This document shows, in pieces, positions 1-12,893 of a stretch of DNA of 64,000 nucleotides. Under the pieces are notes generated by a model, which worked only from the letters and a program-made list of their open reading frames with translations, was not told where the DNA came from and did not search any database. The stretch is from the human T2T-CHM13v2.0 reference genome, Homo sapiens, in the NCBI RefSeq assembly GCF_009914755.1, contig NC_060947.1. The stretch is one strand, 5' to 3'. Position numbers and translations under genes: made by a program. The first letter of the stretch is position 1; the number at the start of each line of letters is the position of its first letter.

Positions 1-126
1 TATATTTTTTTTCAGAAAGAAGCCATTGTTTCACATGTGGCTAATAAAATAATAATAATAAAGATAGTAATAATAGAAGAAAAAGAGCTGACACTCACTG
101 AGCACCTACTATCCCCACTATACAAG

Positions 127-130
<4 letters not shown>

Positions 131-160
<30 letters not shown>
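131..160. repeat. (CA)15 microsatellite
   Basis: Perfect CA run read directly. Confidence 0.97.
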
Positions 161-161
<1 letters not shown>

Positions 162-851
162 TTTGCCTCTTGTCTTTATCGCTGTCATCACCTCATCACA
201 CACTTATTCTCCTCTCTTCTGGTAAAACTAGCAAAGGTACCTGTTGAAGCCTACAGAAGTCTTGGAGATGCATTGGTTTGATGTGAAATGCCTTCACAGT
301 GTGGAAGTGTGGCTCTAACTAAAGATTTCTCAGCATGGTCCAAATGTTTGCAGCATTATGTAGGGGGTCTGGCAAATGATGAAATTGTGCAAAAGGATCT
401 GCCTGGGGTTGTGGGTGGGGAAGGATATTTCCTTTTTAAAGACCTAACTTCTCTCCTAAACAGCAAGAGCAGGAAATAACAGCCCCGTGAATTTAAAAAA
501 TATGAAAAGACTACCAGGACTGGAAACCCTAGCACATAGCAACTGCCAGTCTAGGGAACTCCCACAGGTCTAGAAACTACTGTTTGCCTCTAGCAAAAAT
601 TAGGAGAAGAAAGTTTCCTTGCCTGTTATTAATTGCCAAAACATATGTGTCAAACTTTAATTGATACAAGAGCTTCTTGGGACATTTACACATGAATGGA
701 GAGAAAAAGGAGGCAATATCTAGGGTTTTGCCCTTAATCGTCTTTTGTAATTTTCTCAAGTATAACAAATGCTGAATTCTCCAGAGGAATAAACTCAAAG
801 ATTTAGGAAACTTGGATACCAACAAGACATACCTTTTTCATCTTTGCCAGG

Positions 852-1019
852 TGCTCTAGTTTGGATGTTTGACTCCCCAAACCTCATGTGGAAATGTGAT
901 CCCCAATGTTGGAGGTGGGGGAAGGTGTTAGGGACATGGGGACGGATCCCTCAGGAACAGCAAAACGTCCTCCAGGTCTGATTGTTAAAGAGAGCCTGGC
1001 ACACCTCCTCCCCTTCTTG

Positions 1020-1052
<33 letters not shown>

Positions 1053-1223
1053 TCTCTCTCTCTCTCCCTCTCCTCTCTCTCTTTCTCCCTTTCTCTCTCC
1101 CTCTTCCCCCCTCTCTTACCATGTGATTTCCGCTTCCCTTTGCCTTCCACCATTAGTGGAAGCTTCCTGAGTTTCTCATCAAAATAGATACTGGTGGCAT
1201 GCTTCTTGTACAGCTTGCAGAAT
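852..1223 (+). mobile_element. MaLR MST-family LTR (MSTB-like), 3' end incomplete, with an internal (TC)n expansion
   Basis: tgctctagtttggatgttt...ccccaatgttggaggtgggg start and gcttcttgtacagcttgcagaa near the end resemble MST LTRs. Confidence 0.75.
1019..1117. repeat. (TC)n / polypyrimidine tract
   Basis: Read directly. Confidence 0.95.
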
Positions 1224-1442
1224 AGTACTTAGGGAAATTTATTTCCTTTTTTCTTGTTTTCTTTCTTTTTTCTTCCCCTTCCTCTTTCCTCCCTCACTCG
1301 CTCACTCCCTAACTCACTCTCTCTCTCTCTCACCTCTTGTTTTATTGCAAAATGTGTATGTTGAGGGAGGTTGGCATATATAAATATGAGATAAACCTAA
1401 GAGACAACATGAAAAGTTTCCTCAAGTAAAAAGCATGGAAAG

Positions 1443-1769
<327 letters not shown>

Positions 1770-1824
1770 TTAAGAGAGGGGAGGATAAGAGGGAAGGAGA
1801 AACACCAAAAGCTTCATGAGTACC

Positions 1825-2380
1825 TTTTTTTTTTTTTTAATTATACTTTAAGTTTTAGGGTACATGTGCACATTGTGCAGGTTAGTTACATATGTATACA
1901 TGTGCCATGCTGGTGTGCTGCACCCACTAACTCGTCATCTAGCATTAGGTATATCTCCCGATGCTAACCCTCCCCCCTTCCCCCACCCCACAACAGTACC
2001 CAGAGTGTGATATTCCCCTTCCTGTGTCCATGTGATCTCATTGTTCAATTCCCACCTATGAGTGAGAATATGTGGTGTTTGGTTTTTTGTTCTTGCGATA
2101 GTTTACTGAGAATGATGATTTCCAATTTCATCCATGTCCCTACAAAGGACATGAACTCATCATTTTTTATGGCTGCATAGTATTCCATGGTGTATATGTG
2201 CCACATTTTCTTAATCCAGTCTATCATTGTTGGACATTTGGGTTGGTTCCAAGTCTTTGCTATTGTGAATAATGCCATAATAAACATACGTGTGCATGTG
2301 TCTTTATAGCAGCATGATTTATAGTCTTTGGGTATATACCCAGTAATGGGATGGCTGGGTCAAATGGTATTTCCAGTTCT
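1825..2380 (-). mobile_element. Young 5'-truncated L1 3' end (L1PA2-like), ORF2 C-terminus plus 3'UTR
   Basis: Poly(T) then ttatactttaagttttagggtacatgtgcacattgtgcagg; ORF 2045-2287 is the ORF2 C-terminus (…IFSLIGGN); GAG rather than ACA at the Ta diagnostic site. Confidence 0.93.
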
Positions 2381-2782
2381 TTTAAAATATATAATAATGG
2401 TAATCAATGGCTTAGGTTGGGAAAGTTAGAGAAATGAATCCAGGGGAAGAAAATAGCTTAAGAAAGATTTTTCTTACTTTTTTATAAGTGGAGAGGAGAG
2501 ATGTTGCTTTTGTTATTTTTTAAGCTCTTCTTGTGAAAAAAAAAATTTTATTGGCAGAATTGTGGATGGAGCAATTAATACTGGCTCAGAGGAATGAAAT
2601 GTAATGTCCATATTCACAGATCAGGCAGAGTAGGGTTGGACCACCATGTCTCCTGATGCCTAAACCAAAGTTCTTGTCACTGTATTATGTCAATTCTAAC
2701 TAAAAAAAGCTTTTCAATCGCATAACTTACTAATTTTAAGAACATTTTAGTCTACATGTAAACTGTCCATTTGACTGAAGGT

Positions 2783-5700
2783 GAGCTCCATCCATGCTCC
2801 TGAAAAAACATGATCTTGTTTCTGTTTATGGCTGCATAGTATTCCATGGTGTATATGTACCACATTTTCTTTTTTAATTAATTTTTTTAAATTTTGGGGT
2901 ACATGTACAGGATGTGCAGGTTTGTTACATAGGTAAGCATGTGCCATCGTGGTTTGCTGCACCTATCAACCCATCACCTAGATATTAAACCTAGCATGCA
3001 TCAGCTTTTTTCCCTAATGCTCTTCCCGCTGCCCTCCGCCAACAGGCCTTGGTAAGTATTGTTCCCCTCACTGTGTCTATGTGTTCTCATTGTTCAACTC
3101 CCACTTATAAGTGAGAACATGTTGTGTTTGGTTTGCTGTTCTTGTGTTAGTTTGCTGAGGATAATGGCTTCCAGCTTCATCCATGTCCCTGCAAAGGACA
3201 TGATCTCATTCTCTTTTATGGCTGCATAGTATTCCATGTATATGTACCACATTTTCTTTATCCAGTCTATCATTTATGGGCATTTGGGCTGATTCCATGT
3301 CTTTACTATTGTGAATAGTGCTGCAATGAACATATGCGTGCATGTATCTTTATAATAGAATTATTTATATTCCTTTGTATATGTACCACATTTTCTTTTT
3401 CCAGTCCACCACTGATGGACACTTAGGTTGATTCCATATCTTTACTACTGTGAGTAATGCTGTGATGAACATACGTGCATACGTGTCCTTATGGTAGAAT
3501 GATTGACATTCCTTTGCGTATACACCCAATAATGGGATTCTTGGGTCAAATGGTATTTTTGTTTTGACCTCTTTGAGAAATTGCCATAGTGCTGTCCACA
3601 ATGGCTCAACTAATTTATATTCCCACCAGCAGCATATAAGCATTCTCTTTTCTCTGCAACTTTGCCAACATGTTATTTTTTGACTTTTTAACAATAGACA
3701 TTCTGACTGTGTGAGATGGTATCTCATTGTGGTTTTTATTTACATTTCTCTAATAATTAATGATGTTGAGCATTTTTCATATGCTTGCTCGCTGTATGTC
3801 TTCTTTTGAAAAATGTCTATTCATGTCCTTGGCCCACTTTTTAATTGGGAAGTTTGTTTTGCACATGTGGATTTGTTTACGTTCCTTATGGATGTTGGAT
3901 ATTAGACCTTTGTCAGATGGATAGTTTACAAATATTTTCTCTCATTCTGTAGATTGTCTGTGACTCTGCTGATAGTTTCTTTTGCTGTACAGAAGCTCCT
4001 TAGTTTAGTTAGGTCCCATTTGTCATTTTTTTGTTGCTGTTGCAATTGCTTTTGGCACCTTCATCATGAAATCTTTACCAGGTCCTATGCCCAGAATGGT
4101 ATTTCCTAGGTTATCTTCCAGGGTTTTTATAGTTTTACATTTTATATGTATGTCTTTAATCCATCTTTATAGTTTATTTTTGTATATGGTGTAAGGAAGC
4201 GGTCCAGTTTCAATATTCTGCATATGGCTAGCCAGTTATCCCAGCACCATTTATGAAATAGGAAGTCCTTCTCCCATTTCTTGTTTTGTTGACCTTGTAG
4301 AAAATCAGATGGTTGTCAGTGTATGGCATTATTGCTAGGCTTTCCATTCTATTCCATTGGTCTATGTATCTGTTTTTGTACCAGTACCATGCTGTTTTGG
4401 TTACTATAACCTTGTAGTATAATTTGAAGTTGGGTAATGTGATGTCTCCGTCTTTGTTCTTTTTGCTTAGGATTGCCTTGGCTATTTGGACTCTTTTTTT
4501 GCTTTCATATACATTTTAGAACAGATTTTTCTAATTCTGTGGAATAGCATTGAATCTGTAGATTGCTTTGGGCAGTATAGCCATTTTAATAATATTGATT
4601 CTTCCTATCTATAAGCATGGAATGTTTTTTCATTTGTTTGTGTCGTCTCTGATTTCCTTCAGCAGTGTTTTGTAATTCTCATTGTAGAGATCTTTCATCT
4701 CCCTGGTTAGCTATATTCCTAGGCATTTTATTCAATGTGTGGCTACTGGGAATGGGATTCCATTCTTGATTTGGCTCTCAGCTTGGATGTTGTTGGTGTA
4801 TAGAAATGCTACTAATTTTGTACACCAATTTTGTATCCTGAAACTTTGCCAAAGTTGTTTATCAGATACAGGAGCTTTTGGGCAGAGACTATGGGGTTCT
4901 TTAGGTATAAAATCATATCGTCTGCACACAAAGATAGTTTCACTTCCTCTCTTCCAATTTGGATTTCTTTTATTTCTTTTTCTTGCTTGATTGCTCTGGT
5001 TAGAACTTCCATTACTATGTTGAATAGCAATGGCAAGAGTGGACATCCTCGTCTTGTTCTGGTTCTCAAGGGGAATGTTTCCAGCTTTTGCCCATTCAGG
5101 ATGATATTGGCTGTGGGTTTGTCATAGATAGTTCTTATTATTTTGAGGTACATTCCTTCAATGCCTAGTTTGTTGAGGGTTTCTAACATGAAGGGATGTT
5201 TAATTTTATCAAAAGCCTTTTCTGCATCTGTTGGGATGACCATGTTGTTTTTGTTTTTAATTCTTTTTATATGGTGGATTATGTTTATTGATTTGAATAT
5301 GTTGAACCAACCTTGCATCCCATGGAAGATGCCTTTTTGATTGAGGTGGATTAGCTTTTTGATGTGCTGCTGGATTTGGATTCCTAGTATATTTTTAAGA
5401 ATTTTTGCATCTATGTTCATCAATGATATTGGCCAGAAATTTTCTTTTTTTGTTCTGCCTCTGCCAGGTTTTGGTATCAGGATGATGCTGGCATCATAAA
5501 TGAGTTAAGGAGGGGTCTTTCCTCCTCAATTTTTGGGAATAGTTTCAGGAGAAATGGTACCAGCTCCTCTTTATACATCTGGTAAAACTCAGCTGTGAAT
5601 CCATCTGGTCTTGAGCTTTTGCCGGTTGGTAGACTTTTTATTAGTGATTCAATTTTAGGACTCATTATTGGTATGTTTAGAGATTCAGTTTCTTTCTGGT

Positions 5701-8654
5701 TCAATTTTGGGAGGTTGCAAATTTCCAGGAATTTATCCATTTCTTATAGGTTTTCTAGTTTGTGTGCATGGAGGTAGTTGTAGTAGTCTCTGAGGGGTTT
5801 TGTATTTCTGTGGGGTCGATAATAATGTCCCTTTTGTCATTTCTGATTCTGTTTATTTGAATCTTCTCTCTTTTTTCATTATTAGTCTAGCTAGTGGTCT
5901 ATCTTAAATATTGTTTCAAAGAATAAATTGGTGTATTCATTGATCTTTTGTATGTTTTTTGTGTCTCAGTTTCCTTCAGTTCAGCTCTGATTTTGGTTGT
6001 TTATTGTCTTCTGCTAGCTTTGGGATTGGTTTGCTCTTGTTTCTCTAGTTCTTTGAGGTGTGATGTTAGGTTGTTAATTTGAGATATTTCCAACTTTTGA
6101 TGTGGGTGTTTAGCCCTATAAACTTTCCTCTTAACACTGCTTTAGTTGTGTCCCAGATAATCTGGCATGCTCTATCTTTGTTCTCATTAGTTTCAAATAA
6201 TTTTATGACTTCTGCTTTAATTTCATTGTTTACCCAAAAGTCATTCAGGAGCAGGTTCTTCAATTTCCATATAATTGTATGGTTTTGAGTGATTTTCTTA
6301 CTATTGATTTCTATTTTTATTGGGCTGTGGTCTGAGAGTGTGTTTAGTATGATTTTGGCTTTGTTGAATTTGCTGAAGATTGTTTTATGGAAAATTGTAT
6401 GGTCAATTTTAGAGTATGTGCCTTATGCAGATGAGAAGAATACATATTCTGTTTTGGTGGGGGTGGAGAGCTCTGTAGATGTCTATTAAGCCCAGGTCAA
6501 GTGTCAAGTTCAGGTACCGAATATTTTTTAGTTTTCTGCCTTGATGATCTATCTAATACTGTCAAGTGGAGTGTTGAAGTCTCCCACTATTATTGTGCAA
6601 TTATCTAAGTCTCTTCATAGGTCTCTAAGAACTTGCTTTATGAATGTGGGTGCTCCTGTGTTGGGTGTATATATACTTAGAATAATTAGGCCTTCTTGTT
6701 GGACTGAAACCTTTGCCATTATTTAATGCATTATTCCTTGTCTTTCTCTATCATTGTTGGTTTAAAGTGTGTTTTGTATGAAATTAGAATAGGAACTGCT
6801 GCTTTTTTTCTGTTTTCTGTTTGCTTGGTAGATTTTTCTTCATCCCTTTACTTTGGGTGTCACTGCATGTGAGATGAGTCTCTTGAAGACAGCATACAGT
6901 TGGGTCTTGCTTCTTTATCTAACTTGCCACTCTGTACCTTTTAATTTGGGCATTTAGCCCATTTACCTTCAAGGCTAATATTGATATTTGCAGATTTGAT
7001 CCTGTCATCATGTTGTTAACTGGTTACTATGCAGGCTTGATTGTGTGATTGCTTTATAGTGTCAATGGTCTATGTACTTAAGTGTGTTTTTGTAATTGCC
7101 AGAAATGCTCTTTCCTGTCCATATTTAGCGCTCCATTCAGGACCTCTTGTAAGGCAAGTCTGTTGGTAATAAATTCCTTTAACATTTCCTTGTCTGAAAA
7201 GGATCTTATTTCTCCTTCACTTATAACTAAGCTTTGTTGCCCTTGGAGGTTTGTTTGATCATGGTGTAAGATGGTTTCAGTTGACTGGCTTCATTTCTGG
7301 AAGATTTTAGGGTGTCAAGGCTCAGGTTGGCACTCCGTGTGTGGTTTAACTCTGGGGGGCTGGTACCAGACCCCCGGATTCATTCTCTGGCCCCTTGAGG
7401 TCAGGAACCTGCTGCATTGGAGGGACTGAACTGTTCCAGGTTCACTGACAGCGACACTCTGATGGGTAGTACCAATCAAAGCACTTTGTCAGGGTGGTGG
7501 CAATGGGATCCATGCTCATTCACTTGTGTCAGTAGCAGCAGCAGCAGTGCAGCAGGGTGCACATGCACCAGCTTGTGTAGGTTACTAGTGGAAGTGAAGT
7601 TGGGTCATTTTTGTGTATGCTCGTTCTGGCCATAGGGCACAGGTGGGAGTGGGGTTGCCAGTGTCCATGTTCATACTTGCACTGGCAGTGGCAGGGGTGT
7701 GGTGCTGGGATGCACAGGGCTGCTGGCCTCTGTGCATCCATTTGCACCATCAGCACTGGCAGCATGGCAGTGGGTGGGGTTGCCAGCATCCATGCATATG
7801 TTCACATACACAGTGGCTCTTGGGGGGCACGAAGTTGCCAGCATCTGTGTGCACGTTCATGCTGGCTACAGTGGCTCAGCTGAGTGCCTTCACATTAGTG
7901 GGGGGTAACCAACAAGTTGCCCTCTTGCCAGCACCAGTTGTGGGGTACATGGCACATGCACACCACTCAGGGAGGGGAAGCTAGGTCCGCTTATGTGTGC
8001 ACACGATCAAAGTGGTAGAGAGTGCATGCTGGCAAAGTGGCACAGGGGAAGGAGGGTGTGGGTGGGTTGGTGCACATCAGTGGGAGCTGCTCTGCTGGAT
8101 CTCTCCAATTGTCAGGTGCTGTCTGCTGGTGAAGGAGGTATGATGTGGGTCCCTAGGAAGCACCCTGGTTGGGCATCTGATGCTGCCCTGCCAGTGAGCA
8201 CAACCGGCTGTGACTCTAGGAACGGCCAGCAGACAGTGGGGAGCTGATATTGGACTGGTCCTGTGTCAGGGGCAAGACCACCTTGCTCTGTTCAGTTCTG
8301 ACAGTCATCCTATGGCCAAATTCTCCTAAAGGAGCATGGTAAGCCTGGGGGAATGGGTGTCCCTGGTTGTTCTCCACTGCAGACATTCCAGTACCAAGCC
8401 CTCTGGGCTCCACACAGGCTGGAGTCCTGCTACTACCACTTCTCTAAGCAGCTGTCTTTGCTAGCTCAAGTGTCCATGGAGGTCATGGGGTTTCGTGCTG
8501 CCTGGATTCCAGAGGTTTGTGTCAGGAGCAGGCTGCTCCTCACCTATTCCACTCACCTCTTCCCCAGGAGTCTCTGGGGGCCAGGAATGAGTCCCTGTGC
8601 TCGGCTGCCCCATGCAGTGCTCCTAGCCTCCTCCTTCTTCAGCCCAGCATCTCC
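2783..8654 (-). mobile_element. Near full-length old primate L1 (L1PA15/16-like): 5'UTR ~7240-8654, most of ORF1 deleted, decayed ORF2, 3'UTR missing
   Basis: ORF2 RT peptides (4812-5423 ...QGWFNI...LCADDMILY), further ORF2 peptides at 5477-5740 and 6066-6263; GC-rich 5'UTR. Confidence 0.88.
2875..3375 (-). mobile_element. 5'-truncated L1PA (L1PA8-10-like) nested in the older L1
   Basis: Second L1 3' end; duplication tgtatatgtaccacattttcttttt at 2850-2874 and 3376-3400. Confidence 0.88.
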
Positions 8655-9842
8655 TATTTTCTTATTGTTAAGCTTTAAGAGTTTTTTGTGTACTTTGGAT
8701 AGCAGTCTTTTGTCAGATGTATCTTTTGCAAATATTTTCTTCCAGCCTGTGGTTTGTCTTCTCATTCACTTGACACTGTCTTTCACAGAGCAGAAATTTT
8801 TAATTTTAATGAAATCCAACTTATCAATTCTTTCTTTCATGGAACATGCTTTTGATGTTCGATTCAAAAACTTATTGCCATACCCAAGTTCGATTAGGAA
8901 TTCTCCTATGTTATCTTTTGGAATTTTGTAGTTTTTCTTTTTACATTTAGGTCTCTGATCCTTTTTGAATCAACTTTTGTGAAGGATGTTAAAGTCTGTG
9001 TGTAAATTCATTTTCTTGCATGTGAATGTCCAGTTGTTCCAGCACCATTTTTTGAAGAGGCTATCTCTGTTCTGTTGTATTGCCTTTGCTATATTATCAA
9101 ATATCCATTGACTATATTTATAAGAATCTATTTCTAGGTTCCCTATTCTGTTCTATTTATCTATTTCTCTGTTCTTTCACCAATACCACACTGTCTGGAT
9201 TACTGTAGGCTTATATTAAGTCTTGAGATTGGGTAATGTCAGTCCTCTTGCTTGATTCTTCTCTTTCAATATTGAGTTGGCTATTTTAGGTCTTTTGCCT
9301 CTCTGTATAAATTTTAAAATAGTTATGTTGATATCCACAAATTAACTTTCTGGTATTTTTATTGGGATTGTATTTAATGGATAGATGAAGTTGGGAAGAA
9401 CTGATATCTTGACAATATTGAATATTCTTATCCATTGACACAGGATATCTATTTTCTTCTTTGATTTCTTTTATCAGAGCTTTATAGTATGCCTCATATA
9501 GATATAATACATTTTTAAGGTTTATACCTATGTATTTCATTTTTGGAGCTGTTAATATAAATGACAAAGTGTTTTTTAATTTCAGCTTCCACTTGTTCAT
9601 TGCTGGTATATAAGACAGTGATTAACTTTTATATATTAACCTCATATCCTGAAATCTTGCTATATTTGCTCATTAGTTACAGGATATTTTTGTTGATTCT
9701 TTTGGATTTTCTACACAGAGGATTATCTCATCAGTGAACAAAGACAGTCTGATTTCCTCCTTCCCAATCTGTACACCTTTTATTTTTTTCTTGTCTTATT
9801 GCATTAGCTAGGATTTCCAGTATGATATTGAAAAGCAGTGGT
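8655..9842 (-). mobile_element. Old L1M ORF2 fragment
   Basis: Degenerate ORF2 peptides (9286-9600 PKMKYIGINL); resumes at 12331-12360. Confidence 0.8.
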
Positions 9843-12330
9843 AATTCCAACGGCAGCAGCATACACATTCTTTCAAGTGCACACGAAACATTCTCTAGGG
9901 TAGATAATATATAAGGCCATAAAACAAATCTTAACACATTTAAGAAGATTGAAATCATTATCAAGTATGTTTTTTGGACCACAGTGGCATTAAACTAGAA
10001 ATCAATAATTAGAAAATTTACAAATACATGCAAATTAAACAACACACTTCTGAACAACCAATGGAGCAAGAAAGAACTCAAAGGGAAATAAGACACTATC
10101 TTGAGACACTTCAGGCTCTAGGCAGGCTTCCACAGACCCAACCCCCAGGCCCATCCAAACGCCAGGCCAGCCCCCATGAACCCAAGCTCCAGGCCCACAC
10201 CAGCACCAGGCCAGCCCCTGCTGCCCCAGCCACCAGACCAGTACTTACAAGCACATGGTCCAGGCCATCCCCTGCAGACTCAGGCTTCAGGCCCACCATA
10301 GTGCCAGCCTGTCTCCACAACTCCAGGCTCAAGCTGGTGCCTACAGACCCAAGTTCGAGGCTTACCCCAAAGCCAGACCAGTCCCCAAATGCCCAGACTC
10401 CCATGCAATTTCTGTCAAAATTGCAATGACGTTTTTCACAGAAATAGAAAAAGCTATCCTAGAATTCATATATTAATAGAACCATAAATAATCTGAATAG
10501 CCAAAGCAATCTTGAGCAAGAAGAACAAAGCTAAAGGCATCACACTAATCTCAAAATATACTACAAAGCTGTAATCATCAAAGAAGTATGATACTGGTAC
10601 AAAAACACACATATAAACCAATGGGACAGAATAGAGAGGCCAGAAATAAGTCCACACATTTAGAGTCAGTTGATCTTTATCAAAGTTGCCAAGAACATAC
10701 AATGGGAAAGAATTGTCTCTTCAATAAGTGGTGGTGGGAAAACTATATTCACACACAAGAGAATGAAACTGGACCCTTATCTCACATCATACACAAAAAT
10801 CAACTTACAATACATTAAAGACTTAAACGTAAGACCTGAACCATAAAACTCCTAGAAGGAAACATAAGGGAAAAGCTTCTTGACATTGGTATTGGTCATG
10901 ATGTTTTGAATATGACACAGAAAGCACAGGAAACAAAAGCAAAAACAGACAATTGAGATTACATCAAACTATAAAGCTTCTGCACAGCAAAGGAAACAAC
11001 CAACAGGGCTAAGATACAACCTATGGAATGGGAGAAAATATTTTCAAACCATACATCCGATAAAGAGTTAATATCCAAAATATATAAGGACCTCAAATAA
11101 TAGAAAGAAAACAAATAACCCAATTTAAAAATGGGCAAAGGACCTGAATAGTTATTTCTTAAAAGAAGACATACGAATGGCCAACAGGTAATACGAAAAA
11201 GTGCTCAACAACACTAATCATCAGAAAAATACAAATCAAAGCCACAATGAGATATTACCTCACACCTGTTAGAATGGCTATTATCAAACAGACAAATGAT
11301 AACAAGTTTTGGCAAGGATGTGGAGAAAAGAGAACCCCTATACACCGTTGGTGGAAATGTAAATTGTTACAGCCATCCTAGAAAACAATAGGGAGGTTTC
11401 TCAAAAAATTAAAAATAGAACTACCATGTGATTCAGTAATCTCACTTCTGGGTACACAGATGATCCTTGACTTATGATGGTGTTACATCTGTGAAGTTAC
11501 ACCTGTGGAATGTAACCCCATCATAAATAGAAGAGTGTACTTAATAGATATCACTTTCACACCATCATGAAGTTGAAAAACCCTAAGTTGAACCATAAGC
11601 TGGGGACTATCTGTATAGCCAAAGGAAATAAAATCAGTATCTTATGTTACATATTTGTACACCCATATTCTTTGCAGCATTATTCACAATATACAAGATA
11701 TAAAATCAACCTACATGTTCATTAACACATGACTGGATACAGAAAATGTGATACACACACACACACAAACTGGAATATTTTTCAGCCTTTATAAAGAAAG
11801 AAATCTTGTCATTTGCAACAAGATGGATGAACTTAGAGGACATTATGATAAGTAAAATAAGCCAAGAACAGAAAGACCAATACTACATGATCTCATTTAT
11901 ATGTGAAATCTGAAAAGTTGAACTCATAGAAGCAGACGGTAGAATGGTTGTTGCCAGGGGTTAGGGGTTAAGGGAAATGCAGAGATGTTGGTCAAAGGGT
12001 ACAAAATTTTTGTTGTGCTGGATAAGTAAGTTCTGTAAACCTAATGTACAGCATGATGACTATAATTAATATTTTGTTATATACTTGAAATTTGCTAAAA
12101 GAGTCATTCTTTAGTATTCTTACCATTAAAAAATGTTGTAAATATATGAGGTGATGGACATGTTAATTAGCTTTATTGAGGCAATCATTTCATGGTGTAT
12201 AAGAAAACATCACATTGTATACTGTAAATATATACAATTTTATTTATAAATTGTACCTCACTAAAAGTGAGAAAAAACTTAATAAAAAGGTTTTTTAAAA
12301 TTAAGTAATTAATAAAACATACTAATGAAA
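9843..12330 (+). mobile_element. L1MA-type element, internally rearranged, inserted in the L1M
   Basis: ORF2 3' region and L1MA-like 3'UTR ending in an A-rich tail; TSD gaaaagcagtg at 9830-9840 and 12331-12341. Confidence 0.82.
11457..11613 (+). mobile_element. Short MER47/Tigger-type DNA transposon (TcMar) inside the L1MA
   Basis: Terminal inverted repeats cagatgatccttgacttatg / cataagctggggactatctg; right flank TA, left flank CA (mutated TA TSD). Confidence 0.8.
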
Positions 12331-12433
12331 GAAAAGCAGTGTTGAAAGGGACATCCTTTCTGAAGAAAGACTAATTGTTCCTGAAGGAAGACTAATTGTT
12401 ATTAAAATGTTTCAAATATTTTATTTTCGTATG

Positions 12434-12640
12434 GGAGGCAGTGTAGTTCATGGTTTAAAGTATGGTCTCTTGAGTCAGGTGCCAGGTTTTAAAACTCGCC
12501 TTATGATTCATCAGTTGTGGCAAGTCCCTTAACTCCCCTGTGTCTCTATTTTCTCATGTGTAATATAGGGATGATGATAGTACCTAACTTAGAAGGTTGT
12601 GAAAAATGCCAACATTTATGAGGTACATGGAAGAGTGTCT
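12434..12640 (+). mobile_element. MIR SINE
   Basis: Core ggcaagtcccttaactcccctgtgtctctattttctcatgtgtaatatagggatgatgatagtacct. Confidence 0.8.
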
Positions 12641-12893
12641 GCTGTTCCATACATATTCTTTTCTTTTTTTCAATTGAAGTATATCATATATACAGAAAGA
12701 TGCCTGCACAAATTCTAAGAAAATTATCACAAAAGCGAACATACCATATTATCTCTGCTTAGTTCTCCCAGAAGGTTCTTTGTGCCTCTTTTTCAATCAC
12801 ACTATCTCTTTCCTCACAAAGACAACTACTAATCTGTCTTATTACTGGATATTTATTTTAAAATAAATGAGAAAAGTGAAGTGGAGTTACTAG

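Noticed and set aside
884-1187. ERERER / SLSLSL low-complexity ORFs (and HTHTHT ORFs at 37-225 and 31757-31960)
   Set aside because: Translations of microsatellites.
4812-5423. 203-aa reverse transcriptase ORF (and similar ORFs at 35152-36003, 50869-53402)
   Set aside because: Frameshifted fragments of L1 ORF2, not an intact gene or a novel RT system.
7417-8931. Several 70-190 aa ORFs
   Set aside because: They lie in the GC-rich L1 5'UTR and adjoining antisense L1M; no recognisable domain.
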